NCBI GenBank assembly: GCA_038087875.1
Contig: CM075994.1
Location: 248,001 to 312,000, forward strand
Direction of reading: 5' to 3'
DNA: 64,000 nucleotides
Origin: Malacoraja senta
Taxonomy: Eukaryota
The notes under the pieces are model-generated. The model did not search any database. It had not been told where the DNA came from and saw only the letters and a list, made by a program, of their open reading frames with translations. Made by a program: the position numbers and the translations under genes. Below, one piece after another: positions 36,790 to 49,410 of the stretch. The first letter of the stretch is position 1; every line of letters starts with the position of its first letter.

Positions 36790-36823
36790 GGTGACGTTTC
36801 GGGTCGAGACCCTTCTTCAGACC
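36790..36823 (-). ncRNA. Best-preserved minimal hammerhead ribozyme motif
   Basis: Minus strand GGU-CUGAAGA-A-GGGUCUCGACCC-GAA-AC-GUC-ACC: stem I GGU/ACC, stem II GGGU/ACCC, GUC cleavage triplet. Confidence 0.7.
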
Positions 36824-37081
36824 AGTTAACGAAAAGAGAGGTATAAATGAGGGTGTTGAGAGATAGAGAACAATGAATGAAAGATACGCAAAAAAGTAAT
36901 GATCATCAAGGGGAACAGGCCATTGTTAGCTGTTGGTTAGGTGAAAACGAGAAGCTAGTGCGACTTGGTTGGGGGAAACATAGAAACATAGAAAATAGGT
37001 GCAGGAGGAGGCCATTCGGCCCTTCGAGCTAGCATCGCCATTCATTGTGATCATGGCTGATCGTCTCCAATCAAATTTCTA

Positions 37082-37460
37082 GGGCATTGGAACCAGTTCT
37101 GGGGGAGGTGGGACCAGTACAAACAGGATGGTCTGCACCTGGGCTGGAATGGAATCAATGTCCTTGGGGGAGTGTTTGCTAGTGCTGTCCGGGAGGATTT
37201 AAACTAATGTGGTAGGGGGAATGGGAGCATGAGCAGAGAGACAGAGGGGTGTAAAATGAGGGTAGAAGCAATAGGTAGCAAGGTGAAAAGTAAAAGTGGC
37301 AGGCAGAAAAATCCAGGGCGAAAATCAACAAGGGCCACTTTTCAACATAATTGTATAAGGGGTAAGAGTGTTGTAAAAACAAGCCAGAAGGCTTTGTGTC
37401 TCAATGCAAGGAGCATTCGTAATAAGGTGGATGAGTTGAATGTGCAGATAGTTATTAATG
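37082..37460 (+). mobile_element. CR1 ORF1 end (SGNH esterase) and ORF2 start (APE)
   Basis: GHWNQFWGRWDQYKQDGLHL..REDLN*, then LCLNARSIRNKVDEL. Confidence 0.8.
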
Positions 37461-38259
37461 ACAGTTTACATAAACATTCATCACAGTGAATCTCCAACAT
37501 CTCCTCACTGTGATGGAAGGCAAAGTCTTATCTCTTCCCTTTGTTCTTCTCCCGCGGTCCAGCAGTCCAACTGCAGCATCGAGGCGAACTGGGGCTCCCG
37601 ATCTTAAAGACGCCGGCGGGCGATGGTAAGCCTGTGGCCGTTTAAGCCACGCCGGGCGATGTTAGGCCCCGCTCGGAGTCCTTTCAACCCCGCGATTCCA
37701 GCGGGAGAAGTTGCCGTTGCGGGAGCCCCGAAAAGCGGTCTCCCACCAGGGACCTGCGAGCTCCTGATGTTCCTGTCCACCGGGCCTGTGGCCGGAGCCT
37801 CCGAAGCTCCGAAGTCGGGTCGCAGCCGCGCGCCACCACAGCTCTTCCCGTTCCGAAGTCGGCCAGCTCCGCGATGTCAGGTCCGCAGGCTCCGCGACTG
37901 GAGCCCTCAGGTTGGTCCCGGCCAGAGGCCGCTGCCGGCTCCACGATGGTAGGCCCAACGACATCGGAGACCCGACAGAGAAAAAGTCGGGTCAACATAC
38001 AGGGAAGAGATTAACGGTTTCCCCCACCCCCCCCCCCCACGCCCACCCCCACATATACACAGCTAAATAAAAATAATAAAAACTAGAATCAAGACATACA
38101 TTTAATGAGACAACATTTTAAAAAAGACAGATGGACTGTAGTCGAGCCGCTGCTGATAGGCGCCGCCACACCACACTAGTAGGCTCAAGCTGAGCAAGTC
38201 ACCAGGATCTGATGGTTATACGGCAGTATGGTACAAGGAATTTAAAGATGAATTAACAC

Positions 38260-41200
38260 CTATTTTATATTGAAGTCTCGTGAGAGACTACATGAAGAAC
38301 CCGCCAGCCCACATGCGGGTCAATACGTCGACGCATGGCGTGGGATTTGGAGCATTTCGAAAATGCTCCGGCAGGTAAGGCAGATTTCTTTTCAGGAACG
38401 GCCTGCTGCTCCGAAACTGGATGCAGCAGGCCCGGAGAGGCTGACAGGCCCAGCCTGTAGAGCTACCGCCTTTGAGGCTCCGGAAGAGAGCAGGCGGCTA
38501 GACTCAGAGTCACTGGCAGGCGCGACCTGTTCAGTGAGCTCCGTCAAGGCTTTGAAGGAGCAGAAGGCCCCGAAGGATCAGCCTGCTGAACCAGGCTCGG
38601 AGTACTGGCAGGCGTGACCTGTACCGTGAGCTTTGCCAAGGCTCCAAAGGAGCATAAGGGCCCGAAGGAGCAGCCTATCACACAAAGCTCGGAGTAACTG
38701 GCAGGCGCGACCTGTATAGTAAGCTCCAACAAGGCTCTGAAGGAGCAGCTTGTCGAACCAGGCTGGGAGTAACTGGCAGGCGCAACCTGTACAGTAAGCT
38801 CCAGCAAGGCTCCAAAGAGGCAGAAGGCCCCGAAGGAGCAGTCTGCCCCACCTGGCTCAGAGATGCTGGCAGGCGCGCCCTGCACAGCAATGTCTGTTTA
38901 AAGCTCTGAAAGGGAGCAGTTTGGCAAGCGTGGGGCTGAGGATGTGAGGCTCGGCCTGCGAAGGAACTTCGCTGAAGCTCCAACAAGGAGGTCGACCTGG
39001 GCTCGGAGACGCTGGCAGGTAAGGTCTGTTTACTAACCTGCGTAAAAGCTCCGAAATGGAGCAGCCTGTCGACCCGGGCTTGGAAATACTGACAGCATAG
39101 TCTGTCTAGTGTCCTTCACTGCCTCTGGGAAAGAGCAGGTTGGTGCAGAGACGCTGGCAGAGTGCCCTGCACGGCAACCTCTGTAAGTTCCAAAAAGGAC
39201 CAACTTGAAACTGGCTGTCCAAATGGATCATATTGGCCAGGGAAGCACTGCCTCAACATTTATGATTGAGCTTATCAGGCTGCCCAGTAGAGTGAGGTAG
39301 TTTGAGGATTCCCTCATCACATGCTAAATTCTTTCAGCTCGGCTAAAAAGAGTTGCCAGCACACTGGAACATCATTTGCCATCCTCTCGGGGATAGCTAA
39401 ACAAACTAGCAAAAGGCCGATCTGGCATGTAGCATTTTTTACCTGACTTGCAGGTTCATGTTGTAAAAATTAAAAAAATATATATATATATATATATAAA
39501 TAAATAATAAAAGCAAAAGCTCCGTAAAGGAGCGGTTTGGCGATCCAAGTTCAGGGTAGGCCAAGGCCAAAACGGCAAAATGTCTAATAGGACAATATTG
39601 AGCAAGAAGGTACTGTCTTAACATCCATTGAGGATATCATCTGTAGGCTCTCAATACTGGAAATCCTGATTGAGAGGCTGGTCGAAGAGAATGTGTTGCG
39701 CACGCTAGCGACCGAGACAGGTAGTTCCAGTTAGAGGACTGCGGCAGCAATACCTGGTTTAGGGTTGCATTATGATATCTTCCACTCTGAGGAGGGGTGT
39801 TTTGAGGATTATTCGTGGTGACTCTCTCTGTGAGGTAGTTGACAGTGAACTCGAATTCCCACATCGTGGATGATATGCTTCAACTCAAGTCTCATAATGA
39901 TCTGCTGACACTTGTGACTAAATTTGCCATCCCTTCGGGGATACGAGAACCGTTAGAGATAGAACTGGCAAGTAGCATTGGTTATTTGACTTTTCATCAG
40001 TTGAAAAGATCATGCAGGACACTGCTGGATACTATGTAAGTCCTGATTTCTCCCAGACACTGGAGGTTCGTAGGTTAATGCCACCAGTTGAGGCTATCTG
40101 AAGGGCAAAACAAAGTCAAAAGGCTTTAAACCCCAGCGAGTTCAGAGATTTCTCAGTGAAGGATTACGGTATTTGCAAGGTCAGTAGAGGAAATTCAGCT
40201 GTCTGAATTGCAATAGACGTCTTAGCAATTTTGTGTAATGCACAGTCTAAACTCAATTGTGTTAGGATGGTATAGGCCTGAGGCCAACCCAATTTATGCT
40301 AATTTTGGGCAAGGCTAGTATGTGGATTCTGCGAGTATATTTTTGGAGAAGACTTGGGCTAGCAAGTTAAGACTCGCAAGAGAATTTCAAGGCTGCGGTG
40401 GGTGTGGTAAATACACACTTTGTGAGTAAGACTCCCGTTTACCTGCATGCATATCATCTCTACCAAATGAGTGGCAGATACCGCTGCACTGAGGCTGGTT
40501 GAAGTGATGTCAGTCTCAGGGATTGCTGGATCTTGGTGGCGGGGGGGTGATAATCACCTTTTGTCTATTATTTTATTGGCAGCCTTGGTGGTTTTTATAG
40601 CGTCCTTTCTCAGAAACTGCCTTGATCACATCTCCAGTCACCATCTGTCTTGTCATGGACAGCAAAGCGACAATGAGGTGGAGCCTGTTGAGGTATGCGA
40701 ATGTTATTTCATCAGTTGCATGAGATGTGCTGTTGATATTCAAGTCGGCGATAGGTTAAGACGGTTCAACAACAGGTGGGGAAAGATAACCTCTGATTTT
40801 TCCATTTTACAAATCATAAACGGTTATAAGATTCAGTTTCTGGCTGATTCATTTCCTCCGCGGCAAGAGAAGCCAAGATTTCCGTACCTCTGGTCAAAAG
40901 AGGAAACTATGGCTATCCAAGTTGAAATAGAGACATCTCACAAAGGATGAGAAATCTGCCCAAGAACAAGAGGGGAATATTTCTAATATTTTCTCAAGGT
41001 TGAAGAAAAGTGGAGGATGCCAAATAAGTATAGGATTTGGCTAGTCTGATCATGTGCTTGGTATAACCAGTTTAAGATGGATAATTGTCATTCAGCAAAT
41101 TAGCTGATTACAGAGGATTTAGGGCCTCAATCGATCTTGAAGATGCATACTTTTCCATATCAATACACGAGAGGCACAGGATATATCTGGTGTTTATATG

Positions 41201-42920
41201 GCAAGGCCGGTGGTGGAAATTTTAGGCTCTACCCAAGGGGTTGACTTCAGCCCTAGGCTATTGACAAAGATTCTAAAGTTAATGCAGCCCTACTCAGATC
41301 TAAAGGGAATTTTGTCATGGAGTTTATAGAGGACATGCTTATTGTAGGGAAGAGATCAGGTGTCACAGAGTTAGCTGTTTCAGCAACCAAGGCTCTCCTA
41401 GAATTTCAAGGGTTTGTTATTCATCCAGTAAAGTCCATACTGGAGCCAGCATTATCTATTACATATTTAGGTTTATCATAAACTCTGCAGATATGTCTCG
41501 GACCCTACCCACAGATAAGACTCAGGGTATTTATCAGTGGATGCCTCCTAAGATAATTCAAGACGAGGCAACATCAATTATAATAGTGCAATATTGGCCT
41601 ACTCAACCAGGGCTTCCATTGTAAATAAGTCCGCTGAAAGAAGCTCCTATATTTGGTCGAAGACACGAGCGGTGGCTAGTTCAGCCTATTTCTCGTTCAT
41701 CTACCACTGCATGGTTGTATGGAAAGTTTTGTGAAGAGGCACATGTGAGCTACTTTTAAACAGAGTAGCAGAGGTTTGTGGTTTCTTTCAGTTTGGGTTA
41801 AAGAGAAGCGACTATGTTATAGCGCAATTAACGCTGCTCGTGCTGCTTTGTCGTTGTATCTAGTACTATAAGTGGGACAATAAATGACTGGTTATTCACC
41901 CACTGTTGACTAAGGTTACGGAAGGTGTCTTTGATATGAACATTCTAAAGCCTAGATACAAAGTAGTGTGGAATGTGTAATCAGTATAAATTATTATGCA
42001 GATTATCATCAGCTGTATTCCTAATGTTGCAGCAGTATCTTTTAAGTTAGTCATGCTTATGACACTGATTTCAGCATGAAGAGCACAGCCTTTACACAAT
42101 CTCCGTCAGAATCTCTCTGTCATATCTGACATAATGGTAGCATTTTATGGGAATGAACTCATAAAGCAAAGCAGGCACGGTTGGGTACAAGTTGGAGTTG
42201 ACAGCACACCCACCAGATTGGAGATTGGGTGTGTTTATTATGTAAAAAGGTACACTGAGGTTACTAAGAACCTATGAGATGAAGGAAACGTTTCTTCATA
42301 GTTATATAATAGTTTCACAAGAGATTGTTGATGCAGACTATTTCAAGATGGATAGAGGGTAAGCAGCTGAAAGCAGGAGTGAATTCAAATCATTTCAAGT
42401 CTCATAGTACCAGGGCGGCTGGCTCGTCAGCAGCAAATAGAATGGATATTCCCCTTTGATCACCTTCTTGTAACAGCAGGAGGCTCAGATAAGCGCACTT
42501 TCAGAAGTTATAAAATTTAGTTGAACATGTCTGGACGGTTGCAGATAGAATTCTGAACAGTGTTGCATGAGCTATTGTCTAACCCAAAGGCAATTGGGAC
42601 TGTGGTCCAATTAAGGGTGATGTACATGTATGTAAAGTTAGCATCATGTTATTAATGGCCCATGTCTTTTCTACCATTTATGGTTTATCTGTTTAGTGTT
42701 TTCAATACAGATTGGTTTACTGCATGAAACCATAGAGATTTGAAGGCTTCACCTAGTTTCTCATGAGACTTCGATATAAAATAGAAAGATTAAACGAGCT
42801 TACCATTTGAAGTTTGATCTTTATTTTATGAGAAGTTGGAGTGAGAGACTACGTGCCCTCCACTCCCAACCCTGAATCTCATAAAGATCATTCGGTAAGT
42901 CAAGCGTTATTAATCTTTCT
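38260..42920 (+). mobile_element. Degenerate DIRS-type tyrosine-recombinase retrotransposon
   Basis: Gag-like PLEIELASSI, RT start VGDRLRRFNNRW..IINGYKIQF, recombinase HFKSHSTRAA near 42390-42420, ICR 42747-42804 complementary to both termini. Confidence 0.85.
38512..38960 (+). repeat. Coding minisatellite (92/93/75/93-nt units) in the DIRS 5' ORF
   Basis: CTGGCAGGCG(C/T)(G/A)ACCTGT-type unit starts at 38512, 38604, 38697, 38772, ~38865. Confidence 0.85.
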
Positions 42921-44123
42921 CTCAGTATGAAGAAGGATTTTGACCCGAAACGTCACCCATTCCTTCTCTCCAGAGATGCTGCCTGTCCCGCTGAGTTACT
43001 CCAGTTTTTTTGTGTCTACCTATTCCTTTTCTATAGAGATGCTGTCTGACCCGCTGAGCTCCTCCAGCTTTTTGTGTCTATCGACAGGAAAATTAATATG
43101 TATCTGGATTAGCAGCCTATTATACACCTCATTTGTATTTCACAAGGGAATTGTGTGGAGATTGATATCCACATGATATGATCATTGTAACTATTGAGTT
43201 GAATCACCTTTGCTCCTACAGCCTTCCCAGCTGCTTTCATGCAGCACAAGTATTGAACAACAACCAAATTGCTTCGTGACCACATTTCCGGTAACATTCT
43301 GTGCAGGAAGGAACTGCAGAGAAATAACATCATTAAAATTATAACACAGCTGTCCTTTGTTTACACTGAAGATAGGCATAAAAGCTGGAGTAACGCAGCG
43401 GGTCAGATAGCATCTCTGGATGGAAGGAATGGGTGACGTTTCGGGTCTGAAGAAGGGTCTCGACATGAAACGTCACCTATTCTTTTTCTCCAGTGATGCT
43501 GCCTGTCCCACTGAGTTACTCCAGCATTTTGTATCCATCTACACATAATGCACACATTGGTACACACATGTGGCACGCACACACACAGAACACACATAAA
43601 CATATACAAGGCATGCTCAGATACACATAAATACACAAACCAGGCACACACAGATACATATATAAATTCACAAACAGACAAGCAGGGACCTGAGTTGAAA
43701 GCCTTTAACTTCCTCATTTTGAAGCAGGTCATAAATTTAGAAATTTAGAAAGTTCTTTATATAAATTTAGAAAGTTCTTTAGTCTGCGGGATCCGGAGCT
43801 GATGCTGTGGCGACCCGTCTCGGAGCGGAGACGGCGTTCCAGCTTTCGGCGGCGGCGACATCACCACGGTGGTCCGCTGGCTGGAGGGCGGCATCTTCGG
43901 CCTGGATCGATCGCCTCAGCGCAGAGGGGGAACAAGCAGGGAAGAGACGGAGACTAAGACTTTGCCTCCATCACAGTGAGGATGTGCTTGGTGAACTCAC
44001 TGTGGTGGATGTTTAATTTGTGTTTATTGTCTGTTTTGTTATTATTGGTTCTGTGTATGACTGCAGGCATCACAATTTCGTTCAGACCGAAAGGTCTGAA
44101 TGACAATAAAGGAAATCTTGAAT

Positions 44124-45070
44124 CTTTTTTTTTTTTTTTAATTTTTTATTTATTAGAAGTACATTACATTACAACCACATACATTAGAACTCGTCACTTA
44201 TGTCTTCTTACAATTAATGTACTCCATTTATTTTTTACACTAGAAAAGGAAAAGATTGAATGAAAGAAGAAAGTGAAGGATAAAGTGAGAGTGTAGAAAA
44301 TGTGACAACAAAAAAGGACGAAGACCCTATAAGAACAAAATTAAAAACAAAAGAAAAAGAGTTAAGAAATAGACCCTAGAAAAGAAAAAGAGAAAGAGGA
44401 AAAAGAGAGAAACAAATATTTTTATGAGCATTACGCAAATGGGACATACCAACTCTTCAACTAGCATCCCCCCTTACCTGACCTCAATTTTTTTTTTAAG
44501 GTACCTTTGCACCCTATATTTGTAATAATTCTATAAATGCAGACCACATCAGGTGGAAGTGATCTGGTTTACCTGCTAGGAGGAGTCTTATCTCTTCTAG
44601 GTGTAATGTTTCGAACATATTTGAAATCCACATGTTTATAGTTGGTATTGGAGCCTTCTTCCAAAATTTTAGAATTAGCTTTTTTCCAGTTATTAACCCA
44701 TAGTCTATTAGTTTCTTTTGAAACACATTTAGTTCTGGACCATCTTCCGTTATTCCGAAGATAATCCATTCTGCTTTGGGTATCAGTCTTATTTTAAATA
44801 ATTTTGTAAAGATTTTGAAAATTTCATTCCAAAATTTTTGAATTTTTGTACAGAAAACGAATGAGTGCGCTATAGTAGCTTCTTGGGATTGACATTTATC
44901 ACAAATAGATGATACATTTGGGAAAATTTTATGAATTTTAGTTTTCGAATAATATAATCTATGTAAAATTTTAAATTGTATTAAAGTGTGTCTTACATTA
45001 ATCGAACATTTATGCACGTTTAATAAGTGTTCATTCCAACTTTCCTTTGAAATTTTAATAGCTAAATCTT
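44124..45070 (-). mobile_element. L1-clade LINE 3' fragment with poly(A)
   Basis: IQFKILHRLYY..CDKC..TIAHSFVFC..FW (CCHC-like), poly-T at 44124-44139. Confidence 0.9.
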
Positions 45071-46629
45071 GAATCTTGAATCTCTTGAATCTTGAACCTT
45101 ATAGAGCCTGGAATTACATCCTTGTTTTTGTATTCTAGTCCTCTTGAAATAAATGCTAACATTGCATTTGCCTTCTTCTTCTTTATTTAGAATTTAAGGT
45201 AACAACTTAGCAGCACAAATTTAACAGCATAGTCAGAAGTTTAATGAAAGGGGAAAAGAATGATGGCTTCAAAATGCTGGAGTAACTCAGTGGGACAGGC
45301 AGCATCTTTAGAGAGAAGGAATGGGTGAGATTTTGGGTTGAGACCCTTCTTCAGACTCTTGAGTAAGATATCAACCCAAAACGTCACCTATTCCTGCTCT
45401 CCAGAGATGCTGCCTGTCCTGCTGAGTTACATTTCGTGTCTATCTGCGGTTTAAACCAGCATCTGTAGTTCCTTCCTACACAATAGGAATGATGGCCTGT
45501 CTTTTTGTGGGATAACTTAAAACGGTCAGATTTTCAGTTTCTCTTTTAGACACATTCACGTTGTGTAACTTGCAGCAGTTTTGAAGAGGCACAAGAGACT
45601 GCAGATTCTGGAATCCCGAGCAAAGTGCACAGTGCTCTGGAACTCAGCGGGTCAGGCAGCGTCTGTGGAGGGAATGGACAGACGGGACCGTTTATCAGGC
45701 TGATTGAAGTGGGGGAGGGGGGAGAAAATTGGAAAGGAGGAGTGGGGTCAGGACAAAGTCTGGCAAGTAATAGGTGGAGGAAGGAACTGCAGATGCTGGT
45801 TTAAACCGAAGATGGACACAAAAAGCCGGAGTAACTCAGCGGGTCACACAGACCGAGGGGTCTCAACCCCAAACGTCACCTGCTCCTTTTCTCCAGAGAT
45901 GCTGTCTGACCTGCTGAGTTACTCCAGCTTCTTGTGTCTATCTTAAGTAATTGGTGGATACAGGTGAAGGGAGATGGGGAGGTTAATTGGCAAATAGGTA
46001 GAAAAGGCAACAAAGACTGGGGTGAAAGACAATGGATATTTTTAATGCAGAGATTGACAAATTCTCGATTTAAGGGTGTCAGAGGTTATGGGGCGAAGGC
46101 AGGAGAATGGGGTTGAGAGGGAAAGATAGATCAGCCATGATTGAATGGCGTAGTAGACGTGAGGGGCCGAATGGCATTATTCTGAGAACTTATGAAGTTA
46201 TGACATGATCAACTATCACAGTGCAACATCATCATCATTTGCATTTTAACAGGCGTGTACTGAACTTCAAGCACTTACATAATTGCATGAAGGGGTGAAA
46301 TGTAAAGCTGGAGGAAGGGGTATAGGTGGAAGGGGACAGGGGGGAAAATGGGATATAAGAAGGAAATGGGAGACTCAGGAGTTGGGAGATAAGGGACAGA
46401 AAGGGAATGAGGAGGAATGTCATCAGCCAGAGGATGGTGAATCTGTGGAATTAATTGCCACAAACATCTGTGGAGGACGTTATTGGGTAACTTTAAGGTG
46501 GAGATTGATAGAGTCTTGATGAGTACAATTGTCAGCGGTTATGGGGAGAAGGCAGGAGAATGGGTTCAAGAGGGAAAGAATGACGGAGTAGACTCCATGG
46601 GCCGAATGGTCTAATTCTCGCATGACTTA

Positions 46630-47580
46630 GCAATTCTCGCATAACCAATCAAATCTGTTTAACCTTACCCACTGCCTCGAGGATATAAAGTGTTGGATGG
46701 CCCAGAACTTCCTCCAACTAAACGAGAGTAAGTCTGAGGTCATCCTTCTCGGCCCCTCGGACTCAATCAAAATGATAGCAGGCAGCCTTGGAAGCCTTAG
46801 CCCACTACTCAAACCTCACGTCAAAAACCTTGGCGTGATATTTGACTCAGCACTGAAATTTGACAAACAAGTCAATGCCGTGGTAAAAGCTAGCTTCTTT
46901 CAGCTTCGGACGATAGCTAAAATAAAACAATTCCTCCAGTTTGATGACCTGGAAAAGATCATCCACACATTCATCTCCTCCCGCCTAGATTACTGCAACT
47001 CCCTTTACACTGGCATCAGCCAATCTTCCCTGTCCCGCCTGCAACTGGTCCAAAACGCCGCAGCGAGACTCCTGACGGGCACCCGAAAAAGGGACCGCAT
47101 CACCCCGATCCTGGCCTCTCTCCACTGGCTCCCTGTGCGGTTCCGTATAAACTTCAAGATCCTCCTCCATGTCTACAAAGCCCTCAATGGGCTTGCCCCC
47201 ACCTACATAAAAAGTCTTCTCACCCACCACTCCACCTCCAGGTCCCTCAGATCCACCGACTTGGGGTTGCTGAATATCCCACGGGCTAGGCATAAGCTCA
47301 GGGGTGACCGCGCCTTTGCGGTTGCAGCCCCTAGACTGTGGAACAGCATCCCCTTTCCCATCAGAACTGCCCCCTCCATCGACTCTTTTAAGTCAAGGCT
47401 AAATACTTATCTATACTCCCAAGCCTTTCCTGACGTCCTCTGAGTGAGCGCTACATGTATATATGTATGTAGTTTGTTTTGTTTGTGCTATTCTTATAAC
47501 AAATGTAAAGCAATTTGGCCAACGAGAGTTGTTTTTTAAATGTGTTATATAAATAAATGTGACTTGACTTGACTTGACTT
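46630..47580 (+). mobile_element. L2 LINE 3' part
   Basis: ORF 46697-47443: LQLNESKSE..SRLDYCNSL..LQLVQNAAAR..LHWLPV..APRLWN, (TGACT)n tail. Confidence 0.95.
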
Positions 47581-47824
47581 ATGAACATGAAATGCAGGAA
47601 GGAGGGGGTAGGAGCAGAGTGACCAAGGGGGAGGGATAAGGTGGGAGGTATGCATGGGAGTGGGGACGGGGAAATATGGGATGATTGGAGGAGGTGCTAT
47701 TTGAATTTTGAAAATTCAATGTTCGTACCATTGTCTTGCAAGCCAAGGAGTTTTGTGCATGCATTTGTGAAATTGCAAAACCATTGGTGATTTACAGTGG
47801 GGGTACAAGTAATTTTCTTTGAAG

Positions 47825-48735
47825 TTAGACACAAAATGCTGGAGTAAGTCAGCGGGGACGGGCTGCATATCTGGAGAGAAGGAATGGGTGACATTTCGGG
47901 TCGACACCCTCCTTCAGCCTGTCAGCAGAGAGGGAGACACAGAGGTAATGAAGTATAAGGTGTGAAAACGAGAGATCAAATGGGACAAAGCTCAAGGAAA
48001 ATGTGGAATGGATCATTGTTAGCAGAGGGGAAGGTGACAAAGAGGCATACAATGTCAAATTTATCCAGGGGACAGTGAAGAATTGGGGGAGAAATGGAGA
48101 GAGAGGGAAAGCAAGGGTTACTTGAAGATAGACATAAAATGCTGGCGTAACTCAGCGGGACAGGCAGCATCTCTAGATAGAAGGAAAGGTAATGTTTGGG
48201 TCGAGACCCTTCTTCAGTATAAAGAAGTATCTCGACCCAAAATGTCACCCATTCCTTCTATCCAGTAATGCCTCTTCAGACCAAAGGGTCTCGACCCGAA
48301 ATGTCGCCTTCCTTCTATCCTTAGATGCTGCCTGCCCCGCTGAGTTACTGCAGCATTTTGTGTCCATCATCGGTGTGAACCAGCATCTGCAGTTCCTTCC
48401 TACACAAGGGTTACTTGAAGTTAGAGAAATCAATGTTCATACCGCTGGGGTGTAAGCTGCCCAAGCGAAATATGAGATGCTGTACCTCCAATTAGCGCTG
48501 GGCCTCACTCTGACAGTGGAGGAGGCCCAGGACGGAAAGGTCAATGTGAGAATGGGAAGGGGGAGTTAAAGTGTTTCGCAACTGAGAGATCAGGTAGATT
48601 TGAGCGAAGGTGTTCAGCAAAACGATCGCCGAGCCTGCGCTTGGTCTCACCGATATACAGAATTCCACACCTGGAACGGCGAATACAGTAGATGAGATTG
48701 GAGGAGGTGCAAGTGAACCTCTGCCTCACCTGTAA
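47825..48735 (-). mobile_element. Penelope-like fragments with nested palindromic terminal-repeat copies
   Basis: QVRQRFTCTSSNLIYCIR..YIGETKRRLGDRFAEH at 48600-48735. Confidence 0.8.
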
Positions 48736-48834
48736 GGCAGGGAGTTCTGAGCGTGTATGCATGAAATTGCAAAGCCATTGCTGGTGTTTTGCCAAGGGGT
48801 TGCAAGTTATTTTCTGTTCCTGGGCCTCTTAACA

Positions 48835-49410
48835 TAGAAAATGGTGGCTGTTCGAGCCAGCACCACCATTCAATATGACCATGGCTGATCATCCAAAATC
48901 AATTCTCCCCATATCCTGCTTTCTCCCCATATCCCTTGATTCCGTTAGCCCTAAGAGCTAAATCTAACTCTTGAATACACCCAGTGAATTGGCCTCCACT
49001 GCCTTCTGTGGTAGAGAACTCCACAGATTGACAACTCTCTGGGTGAAAACGTTTTTCCTCATCTCAATCCTAAATGGCCTACCCCTTATTTTTAAAACAG
49101 TGACCCCTGGATCTGGAATCCCCCAACATCTGGAACATTTTTCCTGCATTTAGCCTGTCCAATCCGTTAAGAATTGAATATATTTCTATGATCTCCTCTC
49201 ATCCTTCTGAATTCCAGTGAATATACTGTAAACCCAGTCGATCCGTTCTTTCATCATATGTCAGTCCTGCCATCCCGGAATTTAGCCTGGTGAACCTATG
49301 CTGCATCCGGGAATTTAGCCTGGTGAACCTATGCTGCACTTCAATAGCAAGAATGCCCTTCCTTGTAATTAGGAGGCCAAAACTACACACAATACTCCAA
49401 TTGTGGTCTT
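48835..49410 (-). mobile_element. CR1 3' fragment
   Basis: EMRKNVFTQRVVNLWSSLPQKAVEA. Confidence 0.8.

Noticed and set aside
38512..38960. CRISPR-like periodicity
   Set aside because: Whole units are homologous, there are no unique spacers or cas genes, and the context is eukaryotic.
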